Origin: Zygnema circumcarinatum SAG 698-1b
Lineage: Eukaryota; Plantae; Zygnematophyceae
NCBI GenBank assembly: GCA_037447605.1
Contig: CM074810.1
Span: forward strand, 3,630,880-3,694,879
Length of the DNA stretch: 64,000 bases
Direction: 5' to 3'
Below are positions 41,008 through 56,123 of this stretch, piece after piece. A program made the translations under genes and the position numbers. The stretch's first letter is position 1, and each line of letters opens with the position of its first letter. Under the pieces are notes generated by a model. The model saw only the letters and a program-made list of their open reading frames with translations, was not told the origin of the DNA and did not search any database.

Positions 41008-42172
41008 CCCTAATCCTGACCCTATTCTTGCCTAAAACCCTAACCCGTTGACCCTAACCCGTTGACCCTAACCCGTTGACCCTAACCCGAGAAAAGCCAA
41101 AATTTTTAATTTCTCTTTTCTCAACCTGTTCGCTTTACAGTATTGTTCAATCTTCAAGTTCCAAAACATTGGATTCACTTGTTCCAAAGTTCAACTAAAA
41201 CTTATGTTGTTTGCGATTAGAACCTTCAAACAGTGAAGTAAAAAATGTTCTATTTCTCAACCTAAATTGGTTGTAGTAGGGTATTCGACTGTTTCAATTT
41301 CCAATTCAAATTCATTCAATTGTCTAAAGAAATCGACTATTAGGGGAGGTCAGACATTGACCATAGCCGAATCAATTCAGTAAGCCTGTTGGGCGAATTA
41401 AGCATTGGCTGGGTACAGGTAGGGATTCCCCATCATGTATTTTCACCTACATTTGGCAAAATTAGACAGAGAATATTGTTTTGGCAAATATAAGTGGTAC
41501 TCAATCCAGCAAAGCGGAATTATGTTAGAGTTCATGTATGTTGCGTTTACCATAATTATGGTGTTGGCGTATCATTTTCTGGCCGAATGAGCGAGTTCAA
41601 CAAGAAAGTGCTCATCACCATGCGAACCAACAAAGGCACATACATGAACATGGACAGCATGAACCACACCAACAACACCAACACAGCCCTTTGTCGCCAT
41701 GCGCAACGCTGCGGTCGCCAATTACGTCACCCAACATTGTTCAGAGTGCCCCCACATCCCCATCTCTAGCGGCCCAACATGACTCTCATGGACACCATCA
41801 TCGTGCCCACAACCGCCATCTGCCCACCTCTAACCCGCGAATAAAATTTTCCCGCCGTGTGGGCCAATAGCGTCCTTCCACGTGGACATAGGATTCCGCT
41901 GCGCCTCTAGCGGACCCAATCCAATAGAATCACCATATTGTCTCGACGACCTCTGGGAGGCCAAAGAAATCGACAGCATTCCATACAATGCGAAATGTTA
42001 AGATCGCTTAATTCGAAAAACCGCCATTGACCTTCTTTAACAAAGATGCAAGGTCAAGTCCCTTATTTAACCATTGCCCTTGCCGTCCAGGATCCCATAA
42101 ATTACTTTATTGGAGTGAGTCCGGGAGGGTTTAGGGTTTAGGGTTCAGAATCAGACCATGCATCGACAAACT

Positions 42173-43306
42173 TCAAAGCTTTCCCCCTAAACTGTGGTAC
42201 AACTTCAACGACTCCCCCCCTATTCTATGCTTGAATTCTTTCAAAATTCTAGTGGTCTCATTATCTCCAAATCGAAATAACCAGTTCTCTCTCTCCTTCA
42301 CCGGATTTTGCTCCTCCATGGAACCCGTTTTACCATCTATCCACATCATTTTCGTGCCTGAATGGTACACCCAAATATTCACCACCCTCTCCATAATAAA
42401 GCACCAGCACAGCCGGTTGTTATATAAGCTTTTCTCGTTATTTAAGGGACATCTGTCCACGTCTTCATGCAGCTTCCACAACGCTTCAAGAGTCACAAAG
42501 AACGCACGCGCGAATACCATAAACTCCCGAAATAGGTCCACATGCATGATCCAATATGAGCAATACGAGTACTCGCGCTGGGCGAGGGGCATTGGAGGGT
42601 TCCAAGCTTCATACAAATGGCTCACATTGGTACCCTCTTGCAACCTTCCTTGCGTCCCAAAGAGCGCATGAAAAGCAGCCGAGTACACGTGAGAGCAAGT
42701 CACGTGCCAATAATCACAAGTTTGATAGACTTCCTTTATCCCAAAAGTAGACCAAAAGTAGAAAACTCGCGTGTCGAGGGTCCCTCCCTCTCCCTCTCCC
42801 TCTCCCTCCCCCCTCATATGAGAAATCAAACTCTGTATCGCCGCCGGCTTCAAGTCAATCCCCTTCTGCTCCGCCCTCCAGCTTTGAAACCCTAAATATG
42901 GAACCCTTCCATGGATCCGCTTCAGGTTCGAGTCCAGTGTGAACATAGCGCCATACTCGCACAGCAGACCTTGATAGGTGAGATCTCTGAGAGGAGGAAG
43001 GAGCTTTGTGGCATCCACATCCACATCTAAATACCATGACTTCCGTACCATGTTGGGATGTACGCATATGCCCCTGTAAGGCGGCTCATTGTGGAGATGC
43101 TCCCATGCTTCCTCGCTGTAATAGAGCTCATACAAGACAAGCTGAACTTCGCCATTTTTCGGTTTTCCGTCAACAAGAAGGGTTTGCCAAAGGTCCAAGT
43201 CCTCGAGCAGGTCGGTTTGTCGTATTAGAAGAAGGGCCGAAACAAGGAGGATCAATGTAACGGATCCGATGAGGCGTGAGCGCCGCCTTTCGGATGGCTT
43301 GCGCAT
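42173..43306 (-). CDS. Intronless type II membrane protein, 377 aa, DUF4422-like putative glycosyltransferase
   Basis: Single ORF starting with ATG. Short basic cytosolic tail (MRKPSERRRSR), TM helix (LIGSVTLILLVSALLLI), then motifs CEYGAMF, YLGFQSWR, YCSYWIMHVDLFREF and FIMERVVNIW. These parallel the DUF4422 pattern E.....W / YIG..HYRR / N.FIM.K.LF..Y / GF..ERL...W. Confidence 0.7.
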   Translation of the reverse strand: MRKPSERRRSRLIGSVTLILLVSALLLIRQTDLLEDLDLWQTLLVDGKPKNGEVQLVLYELYYSEEAWEHLHNEPPYRGICVHPNMVRKSWYLDVDVDATKLLPPLRDLTYQGLLCEYGAMFTLDSNLKRIHGRVPYLGFQSWRAEQKGIDLKPAAIQSLISHMRGEGEGEGEGGTLDTRVFYFWSTFGIKEVYQTCDYWHVTCSHVYSAAFHALFGTQGRLQEGTNVSHLYEAWNPPMPLAQREYSYCSYWIMHVDLFREFMVFARAFFVTLEALWKLHEDVDRCPLNNEKSLYNNRLCWCFIMERVVNIWVYHSGTKMMWIDGKTGSMEEQNPVKERENWLFRFGDNETTRILKEFKHRIGGESLKLYHSLGGKL

Positions 43307-43316
43307 GGCGAGGCGG

Positions 43317-43650
43317 CTAAAACCCTAAAACCTAATCCTAACCCTAATCCTAACCCTAACCCTAACCCTGATCCTGCACTCTGAAACTGAACCTAAACCC
43401 TAAAACTAATAAACCTCAAACCTAACCTTTAACCCTAAGATTAACGCTAAGGTCTGAACCTGCCACCAAAACCCAAATCTTAATTCTAAATCTAATTCTC
43501 AAACTTAAACCTAACCCTAATTTTGAAACCTAATAACGAACCGCAATGCCGATCCTAAATCTAACCGTAACCCTTACCCTTAAACCCAGATGCTGAACCC
43601 TATTCTAGCCTAAAACCCTCACCTAACCCTACCCCTAACCTTAACTCCAA
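43317..43650. repeat. Degenerate (CCCTAA)-type telomere-like tract directly upstream of the DUF4422-like gene
   Basis: CCTAACCCTAATCCTAACCCTAACCCTAAC and variants. Confidence 0.8.
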
Positions 43651-43673
43651 TTTCAATCTGAATCCTACAGCAG

Positions 43674-43834
43674 TAGGGGGTGTCAGACTTAAAAAATTTC
43701 AGTACGCGTGTTCGTAAGTTTGACATCAGAACGAGTACTCCAGTATAATCCCGATCCTCCTGCGGCGGAGTACTTTCGTAACCTTTGTTTTCGTAACGCT
43801 TTTCGTAAGATTTTGTTAAGTCTGACACCCCCTA
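43674..43834. mobile_element. MITE with TIR TAGGGGGTGTCAGACTTAA (assembly copy at 45133-45293)
   Basis: Perfect 19-bp terminal inverted repeat, about 160 bp long. No convincing 8-bp TSD; the outer TA could be a Tc1/mariner-type TSD or the start of a hAT-type TIR. Confidence 0.85.
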
Positions 43835-44111
43835 GTAGCCCTACATTGTCCGTACATGTTGTCAGTAGGGATGTACATTCGAACGCAATGTCGTGTTTTA
43901 GAATTCCAATCAAAAATTCGAAAATTCTAAAATTCTAAAAGTCAGGCCGTTTTATAAAACACTTTTAGACTTGCCGAGAATCGTACGGCTGTAGTATCGT
44001 ACGGAAAATATGTACGGTCAGCGCGAGAGAAGTTCAAGCTTGCGGGTGTTCAATTGCAATGGTCGTACGGTAATTCTAAAAGTGTTCTAAAACTCTGAAA
44101 CTTGTAGATAT

Positions 44112-44250
44112 TAGGGCTTGTCAGACTTAACAAAATTTGACGAAAAGGGAAAGTTACGGAAGTACTCCTCTGAAGGGTGATCGCTATATGACCGGAGTAC
44201 TCGTTCTGGTTTAAAACATACTGACGTTGTGTTAAGTCTGACAACCCCTA
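44112..44250. mobile_element. Second MITE of the same family in opposite orientation (assembly copy at 45571-45709)
   Basis: TIR TAGGGCTTGTCAGACTTAACA / TGTTAAGTCTGACAACCCCTA. Internal CAGAACGAGTACTCC and GAGTACTT motifs are shared with the 43674 MITE. Confidence 0.85.
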
Positions 44251-45324
44251 TTAGAGCGTTCTAATTCTGAAAGGGTAGTGATATTTCCACCCCTTTTTTG
44301 GATCCAAACACCCCTTCCCGGCCGGGCAGATTGCAAAAGGGATTAAAAACGGAAAATGCTTTTTTCACACCTTTTTGGAATCGATACCCACCTCCTTTCG
44401 TCGGCTGATTTTATTTTTGGTAACCAAGGAAAATGATACCCCGTCACTGCATTTTGAATACTGTATCCCGCCTCCCTGAATTTTTTTTTTGAGGGGAAGA
44501 AATATCTGCCAGCCCAAATCCGCTCGAAGTGGAAGATCCGTCAGCCACGAGATCGTTCGCGGATGTCCGTCCTTCACACGTGTGTGTCAATCGCAGCTGT
44601 CGATTCCCTCGCAGATCGCACCATTGCAGGTCACCGTTCGATCTGCAGCCGGGCTCGATCTTAGCGAATGGAAAGNNNNNNNNNNAGAAGAAGGGCCGAA
44701 ACAAGGAGGATCAATGTAACGGATCCGATGAGGCGTGAGCGCCGCCTTTCGGATGGCTTGCGCATGGCGAGGCGGCTAAAACCCTAAAACCTAATCCTAA
44801 CCCTAATCCTAACCCTAACCCTAACCCTGATCCTGCACTCTGAAACTGAACCTAAACCCTAAAACTAATAAACCTCAAACCTAACCTTTAACCCTAAGAT
44901 TAACGCTAAGGTCTGAACCTGCCACCAAAACCCAAATCTTAATTCTAAATCTAATTCTCAAACTTAAACCTAACCCTAATTTTGAAACCTAATAACGAAC
45001 CGCAATGCCGATCCTAAATCTAACCGTAACCCTTACCCTTAAACCCAGATGCTGAACCCTATTCTAGCCTAAAACCCTCACCTAACCCTACCCCTAACCT
45101 TAACTCCAATTTCAATCTGAATCCTACAGCAGTAGGGGGTGTCAGACTTAAAAAATTTCAGTACGCGTGTTCGTAAGTTTGACATCAGAACGAGTACTCC
45201 AGTATAATCCCGATCCTCCTGCGGCGGAGTACTTTCGTAACCTTTGTTTTCGTAACGCTTTTCGTAAGATTTTGTTAAGTCTGACACCCCCTAGTAGCCC
45301 TACATTGTCCGTACATGTTGTCAG

Positions 45325-46512
45325 TAGGGATGTACATTCGAACGCAATGTCGTGTTTTAGAATTCCAATCAAAAATTCGAAAATTCTAAAATTCTAAAAG
45401 TCAGGCCGTTTTATAAAACACTTTTAGACTTGCCGAGAATCGTACGGCTGTAGTATCGTACGGAAAATATGTACGGTCAGCGCGAGAGAAGTTCAAGCTT
45501 GCGGGTGTTCAATTGCAATGGTCGTACGGTAATTCTAAAAGTGTTCTAAAACTCTGAAACTTGTAGATATTAGGGCTTGTCAGACTTAACAAAATTTGAC
45601 GAAAAGGGAAAGTTACGGAAGTACTCCTCTGAAGGGTGATCGCTATATGACCGGAGTACTCGTTCTGGTTTAAAACATACTGACGTTGTGTTAAGTCTGA
45701 CAACCCCTATTAGAGCGTTCTAATTCTGAAAGGGTAGTGATATTTCCACCCCTTTTTTGGATCCAAACACCCCTTCCCGGCCGGGCAGATTGCAAAAGGG
45801 ATTAAAAACGGAAAATGCTTTTTTCACACCTTTTTGGAATCGATACCCACCTCCTTTCGTCGGCTGATTTTATTTTTGGTAACCAAGGAAAATGATACCC
45901 CGTCACTGCATTTTGAATACTGTATCCCGCCTCCCTGAATTTTTTTTTTGAGGGGAAGAAATATCTGCCAGCCCAAATCCGCTCGAAGTGGAAGATCCGT
46001 CAGCCACGAGATCGTTCGCGGATGTCCGTCCTTCACACGTGTGTGTCAATCGCAGCTGTCGATTCCCTCGCAGATCGCACCATTGCAGGTCACCGTTCGA
46101 TCTGCAGCCGGGCTCGATCTTAGCGAANNNNNNNNNNGGATACGTGGGCACGTGCCATTCGCTGTGACCGAGCCCGGCTGCAGATCAAATAGCGATCTGC
46201 CGTGTTGCGATCTGCGAGGGAATCGACGGCTGCGATTGACCGCACGCGTGGAAAAAAATTCAGGTAGGCGGGATATTCAAAATGAGGTGACGGGTTATCA
46301 TTTTCCTTGTTTCGCAAAAATAAAATCTGCCGATGGAGGGTCGGTATCGATTCCAAAAAGGTGTGAAAAAAGTATTTTCCGTTTTTAATCCATTTTGAAA
46401 TCTGCCCGGCCGGGAAGGAGTGTTTGGATCCAAAAAAGGGGTGGAAATATCACTACCCTTCTGAAATCTAAAACCCTAAAAAGTCGCTTGTACGGACAAA
46501 TGTACATCCCTG
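45325..46512. mobile_element. Non-autonomous hAT-like element hosting two nested insertions
   Basis: Ends TAGGGATGTACA and TGTACATCCCTG resemble the Ac TIR (T/C)AGGGATG. Flanks GTTGTCAG / ATTGCCAG match 6 of 8, consistent with a degenerate 8-bp TSD. GTACGG subterminal repeats are present. Confidence 0.7.
45732..46458. mobile_element. Long-TIR (over 300 bp) Mutator-like/foldback element with perfect 8-bp TSD TTCTGAAA; centre lies in an N gap
   Basis: 45732-46127 and 46138-46458 are inverted homologues starting GGGTAGTGATATTTCCACCCC. TTCTGAAA flanks at 45724-45731 and 46459-46466. Confidence 0.85.
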
Positions 46513-47064
46513 ATTGCCAGTTCCGTTCTCAACAGCGAACACGTAATAGATGTGCAATTTCTAGCAGGGTTCAGCCCAAGCCCTTCAGCAAGAAAAGGCG
46601 CAGAACCCTCACCCCTCAATGGTCACGGACCGTACAGGCGTTCGTACTCCAAAAAAGATCTTCGGATCCTGCATCGGGCTTGTTTCTGCTCTGCCATTCG
46701 TCGATCTCCCGTCCGTATCATCTGATCTTATACCTAATCGACTTTTTGTACATATAATCTTCTAAAGATATCTAGTCTTTTTGTTTAGATTCGTATCGAA
46801 TCTTTTGTTATACAATCTTCATATCCCAGACAACAGAGTCTTGTTGCCGTACGTACTTGAATCTCCAATATTCCAATCTTTTGGACCGCCTAACGGCTGG
46901 CGTATCCGCAGTCCTGATCCCAGTACGGAAAAAGGTCGTGTACGGCTTGATCCATATGTACGGACCAACGGCTCCTGTACGGCATAGTGTACGGCAGGGC
47001 TCCCATCAAACGGTCTCCTCCTATTCCCCTTCTCCGCCACATGCGCATAAATTTGAGCGGCCTT

Positions 47065-47345
47065 TCTGGGGTTTAGGGTTCAGGGGTCAGGGTTCAGGGT
47101 CTTGGGTGTAGGCTGTAGGGTCTAGATTCTAGGGTTAGGGTTTTTAGGGTTCAGGGTCTAGGCTCGTGGGTCGAGGCTGGAGGGTCAGATTCTAGGGTTC
47201 AGGGTTCAGAGTCTTGGGTCTAGGCTATAGGGTCTAGATTCCAGGGTTCAGGGTTCAGGGTTCAGGGCCGAGGATTTTTAAAAAGCGTAGGGTTTCGGGT
47301 TTAGGACTGCAATTTCAGGGCTCTGGGTTCAGGGCTGAGGTTTTA
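47065..47345. repeat. Degenerate telomere-like tract dominated by TTCAGGG/TCTAGGG variants
   Basis: GGGTTCAGGGTTCAGGGGTTCAGGG and variants visible. Confidence 0.75.
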
Positions 47346-48090
47346 GGAATTTGGTGTTTTTTTGGCGCAGCTGATTTCAAGGACGGGATTTTCTGCAAAC
47401 GATTTTTTCTTATTTATTCGGTTGCCTTATTTTTCGCGGCAGTTTGCTTCCCAAGTTTGTGTCGGCGAACCAAATGAGCTTTCGGGGCAGCGTGGCGTGT
47501 TCAAAAATTTGAGAGGGTCCAGTAGGGTAATTATTTTCGTACGAACCTGTAAAAGTTAAATTCGAAGCTTTAATTTTTTGAACTGTGAGGAGTAATGTGA
47601 GAACCATTAGAAAAATCGAACCCTTAAACCCGAAACCCTGAAAATCCTAAACTCCTGAAACCCTTAAACCCAAAAACTTTTTAAAAAAGAAAAACTTAAC
47701 GACCCTATGGATCCTAAAACTCTAAAAATCTATGAAAAACTTCTGATTTTCTGATAGGTTAAACCTTAGAAATTTTACTTGAATTACTTTTAGTGAGTAA
47801 AACCTTACATATCCAAAACCCTAAAAACCCTAATCGTATTCCAGCAACCCTAAAGAAAAAATCATATTTTAATAAGAAATATCGAAAACCTTATTTCCGC
47901 ATTCTGCCACTTTCCCTCCTCTCTCTCTCGTCCTCCCTCTCTCTCTCTCTCTCTTCCTCTCCACCCTCTCTCTTTACTCTCTCTTCCCTCTCTCTCTCTC
48001 TCTCTCTCTTCCTCTCCCCCTCTCTCTACATATATGGCTGCATATATATATATATATATATGGCTGCATATACATATGGCACATATATGG

Positions 48091-48123
<33 letters not shown>

Positions 48124-48181
48124 CACTCTCCCTCTCTCTTTGCTCTCTCTTTACCTCTCTCTCTCTTTCTCTCTCTCTCTA

Positions 48182-48240
<59 letters not shown>

Positions 48241-48341
48241 TCCTCTCCCCCTCTCTTTGCTCTGCCCCTCCTCTCTCTGTCTTCCTCCCTCTCTCTCTCT
48301 CTCTTCCTCTCCCCCCTCTCTCTTTACTCTCTCTCTCTCTC

Positions 48342-48378
<37 letters not shown>

Positions 48379-48721
48379 TCCTCTCCCCCCTCTCTCTTTA
48401 CTCTCTCTTCCCTCCTCTCTCTGTCTTCCTCCCTCTCTCTCTCTCTCTCTTCCTCTCCCCCCTCTCTCTTTACTCTCTCTCTCTCTCTCTGTCTCTCTCT
48501 CCACCGCGCCGTTTTATCAGAGCTTTTTCCATAACCCTTATCTTTGTAAAGCTCCCAAACGCACATTCTTAAAACCCTAATTTCCAAACTACAATTTTTC
48601 GAACCCCTGAAACCTCTCTGATCTGACATCGCTCTACCGCTGCTCTCCGGCAGAACTGCCACGTGTCCAACGGATTTCCGTTCCGTTCCGTTCCGTTTGA
48701 AGCTTATCACTGAACAGGCTC

Positions 48722-53495
<4,774 letters not shown>

Positions 53496-53596
53496 GTAGT
53501 GGTGTCTCTCTCTCTCTCTCTCTCTCCCCCTCCCTCTCTCTCTCTCCCTCTCTCTCTCTCTCCCTCTCTCTTGGGGTATTGCAACTTTTTTTTTCT

Positions 53597-53696
53597 NNNN
53601 NNNNNNNNNNNNNNNNNNNNNNNNNNNNNNNNNNNNNNNNNNNNNNNNNNNNNNNNNNNNNNNNNNNNNNNNNNNNNNNNNNNNNNNNNNNNNNNN
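53597..53696. other. 100-N scaffold gap; adjacency of the sequences on either side is uncertain
   Basis: Run of 100 N. NADP-ME stops here with about half the protein missing. Confidence 0.99.
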
Positions 53697-54119
53697 CATA
53701 GTGAGCCTGAAAGTAAAAGTCAATATATGCAAATGTCCTGCTCAGTCCTTAACTTATAAAAGCTAATTTTTTCCCTCCAGGGGCTCGCATCTCCTCCTAA
53801 GGATCATTTTCGGATCGCTGCAGCGTCCATGCATGAGAGCCCTGCACACAAGCAACCACCCCACCAATGTTCACAGCCGTCAATATATAATTACGGTGCT
53901 CGTAACAAACAAACAGGTCTCGTTCTTATCAAGCATATCAGCTTAACTCAAATTTTTAAGGCTGCACTCCACTTGGGTCCTTAGAATTTTTGGGTTTTAG
54001 ACCCTAAGAGCCTCCTAAAAACCTAGTCACATTATATCCACATTTTCAACAAAAACTTCGAGGCGACTGAGGCCTCCTTCCATGCCNNNNNNNNNNTCCT
54101 CCCCCTCCTCAGTCCTCAC

Positions 54120-56123
54120 CTCTGACCGGAGCCGAAACCGCATTCGGGTTCACAAGTCGGTTCACGCTTGCCGATTTGAGCGTGCACGTTTTGGCCTGCG
54201 GGCCGCTCATCGCGTAGGAGAAGGCCGCGCAGGGAGGGGCCCCCTGGCAGGCGGCGCAGCACGCGGCCTTTGTGGGGACGTTGGGGACCGCCCTCATGTC
54301 GAACCCGCTGTACTTGAACCCGTCCTCGAATGTGCACACGCCGGCGGAGCCTGAAAACATGCAAAAAAGTTGAAATTTTAGTGAAGGACATATGGTTGGT
54401 GGATAGATTACATCACGTAGATTAGAGTATGTGGTTCATTCTCCATCAGCCTGAGCCTCTCTCTCTCTCTGTCTCTCTCGATCTTTCTCTCTCTCGCTGT
54501 CTCTCTGTCCCTTCTCTCTGTTCTCTCTCTTTTTTTCTCCCCCCCTCTCTCTCTCTCGCTCTCTCTCTATTTCTCTCTCTCTCTCGCTGTCTCACTGTCC
54601 CCTCTCTCTGTTCCCTCTCTCGGTCCCCCCTCTCTCTCTCTCTCCCTCCCTCTCTCTCTCCCTCTCTCTCCCCCCCTCCCTCTCTCTCTCTCCCTCTCTC
54701 TCTCTCTCCCCCCTCCCTCCCTCTCTCTCTCTCCCCCCTCCCTCCCTCTCTCTCTCTCNNNNNNNNNNCTCTCTCTCTCTCCCCCCTCCCTCCCTCTCTC
54801 TCTCTCCCCCCTCCCTCCCTCTCTCTCTCTCTCCCCCCCTCCCTCTCTCTCTCTCTCTCTCCCCCTCTCTCTCTCTCACCTGCGACCACAGTCCCAGAGG
54901 ACAGGTTCGGGCTGGGGATGCGGTTGGCGACCGAGTACTTGAGAGCGCACTGTTTTGTGCTCTTAAAGTAGGTGAAGCCCGCGCACTTGATGGTGGTGCT
55001 GCACCAATAGCAGCAGCTCTCCTTGTTGGGGAGGTTAGCCACCACCTGGCTAGTGAACAGAGGGTACTCGACCCCATCTTCAAACTCGCATATTCCTGCA
55101 GAGCTCGCCCCACCGATCAGTTCAGTTGTATTCTTCAGCAAATTGCATGAAAAAAATAGATCAAAATAAGGTAATAGGTTTCAACCAGGGGAGCTATATC
55201 TAACAGTAGCAAAATCAAAATAAAAATTCAAAATTCAAAATTCAAAATTCGCCTTACTAGTATCAGTATGCCACATATATAAGCTAAATATTTCTGATGG
55301 AGCACTGGGGGGCAGCTGCCCCTCAGTTTTTGAAAAGATGTTCGAATTCAAAAGTTAAATAGCAGAAATACACACTCAAATTTCAGATTTTCTCTGTTGT
55401 TTCTTTCCCAACTCATGGTCAGCCCCCCCCCCTCCCCCCCAAATTCTAAAACCCTTCCCTTGATACCGCCCTGAACCCTCCCTCCCTCCCCTCGTGGTGG
55501 GGCCCACATGCCCACCTCCCCCCCAATCTAAAACCCTTCCCTTGATCCCGCCCTGAACCCTCCCTCCCTCCCCTCGTGGTGGGCCCCACTTGCCCACCTG
55601 TGGCGATCCCCGAGACGGCGGTGGGGTCGGCGGCGACAGCCCAACTGTTGGCGGCGTAGAGCACGCACTTGTTGGCGTTAGCGCCGGCGACAAAAAACGT
55701 GAAGGCCGAGCAGGTAGGGTTGGCGCGGCACTCGAAGCAGCACGTGTCCTTGCTGGCTGTGGCGGTCAACGTGGTCAACGGGACGCCATCATAGCGCGTG
55801 CCGTCTTGCATGGTGCAGCCTGCAAGCACCAGCCGCCAATGATCAATCGAACCATGAGTCGTCCACAAAATTGGGGATTGGAATCGGCTAGGGACTTATG
55901 GTTCACGCTAGCGCAACAAAAGTTTGAGGAGATGTGTGGGTCATGTGGGACGTGTGAGTATGGAATAAGGAATTAGAGTGGGTAGTATTTGATTTTATTG
56001 ATTCAAAATGAGGAAAAGGAGAGGGGCTGCAATGGGAGGGGCGGGGTACGCACCGAGGGCTGCCGTGATGTGGAGGAGGAGGGCAAGAGCGGCGGCCATG
56101 GCTGCATGCACGGAGGTGGCCAT
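54120..56123 (-). CDS. Secreted protein with signal peptide and three tandem PAN/Apple (PAN_4-like) domains; last exon unresolved
   Basis: Exons 56123-56054 (MATSVHAAMAAALALLLHITAAL), 55819-55598, 55095-54880, 54350-54120. Each domain exon is phase 1-1 with pattern C-x20-23-CC-x2-C-x5-C-x2-F-x-[YF]-x5-10-C-x-L-[KY]. Confidence 0.85.

Larger units (their letters stand above)
40031..41650. repeat. Tandem repeat of about 780 bp (2.1 diverged copies starting at 40031, 40811 and 41593)
   Basis: GAGTTCAACAAGAAAGTGCTCATC recurs at 780 and 782 bp spacing. The copies differ by SNPs and indels and contain no N gap. Confidence 0.95.
43227..46127. repeat. Identical block 43227-44668 / 44686-46127 across a 10-N gap; probable assembly overlap
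   Basis: Offset 1459. N gap at 44676-44685. Confidence 0.88.

Noticed and set aside
43006-43260. Overlapping antisense gene inside the DUF4422-like ORF
   Set aside because: Short antisense frames are commonly open opposite real genes, and there is no independent motif support.
43227-46127. Apparent 1.46-kb duplication of the DUF4422-like 5' end and MITEs
   Set aside because: Identical copies around the 44676-44685 gap; treated as an artefact, unlike the diverged 780-bp repeat.
53800-54086. Terminal exon of the PAN gene (GLSCMDAAAIRK* near 53810-53850, or GMEGGLSRL... near 54030-54086)
   Set aside because: Both are possible but are separated from the gene by an N gap and have no homology support.
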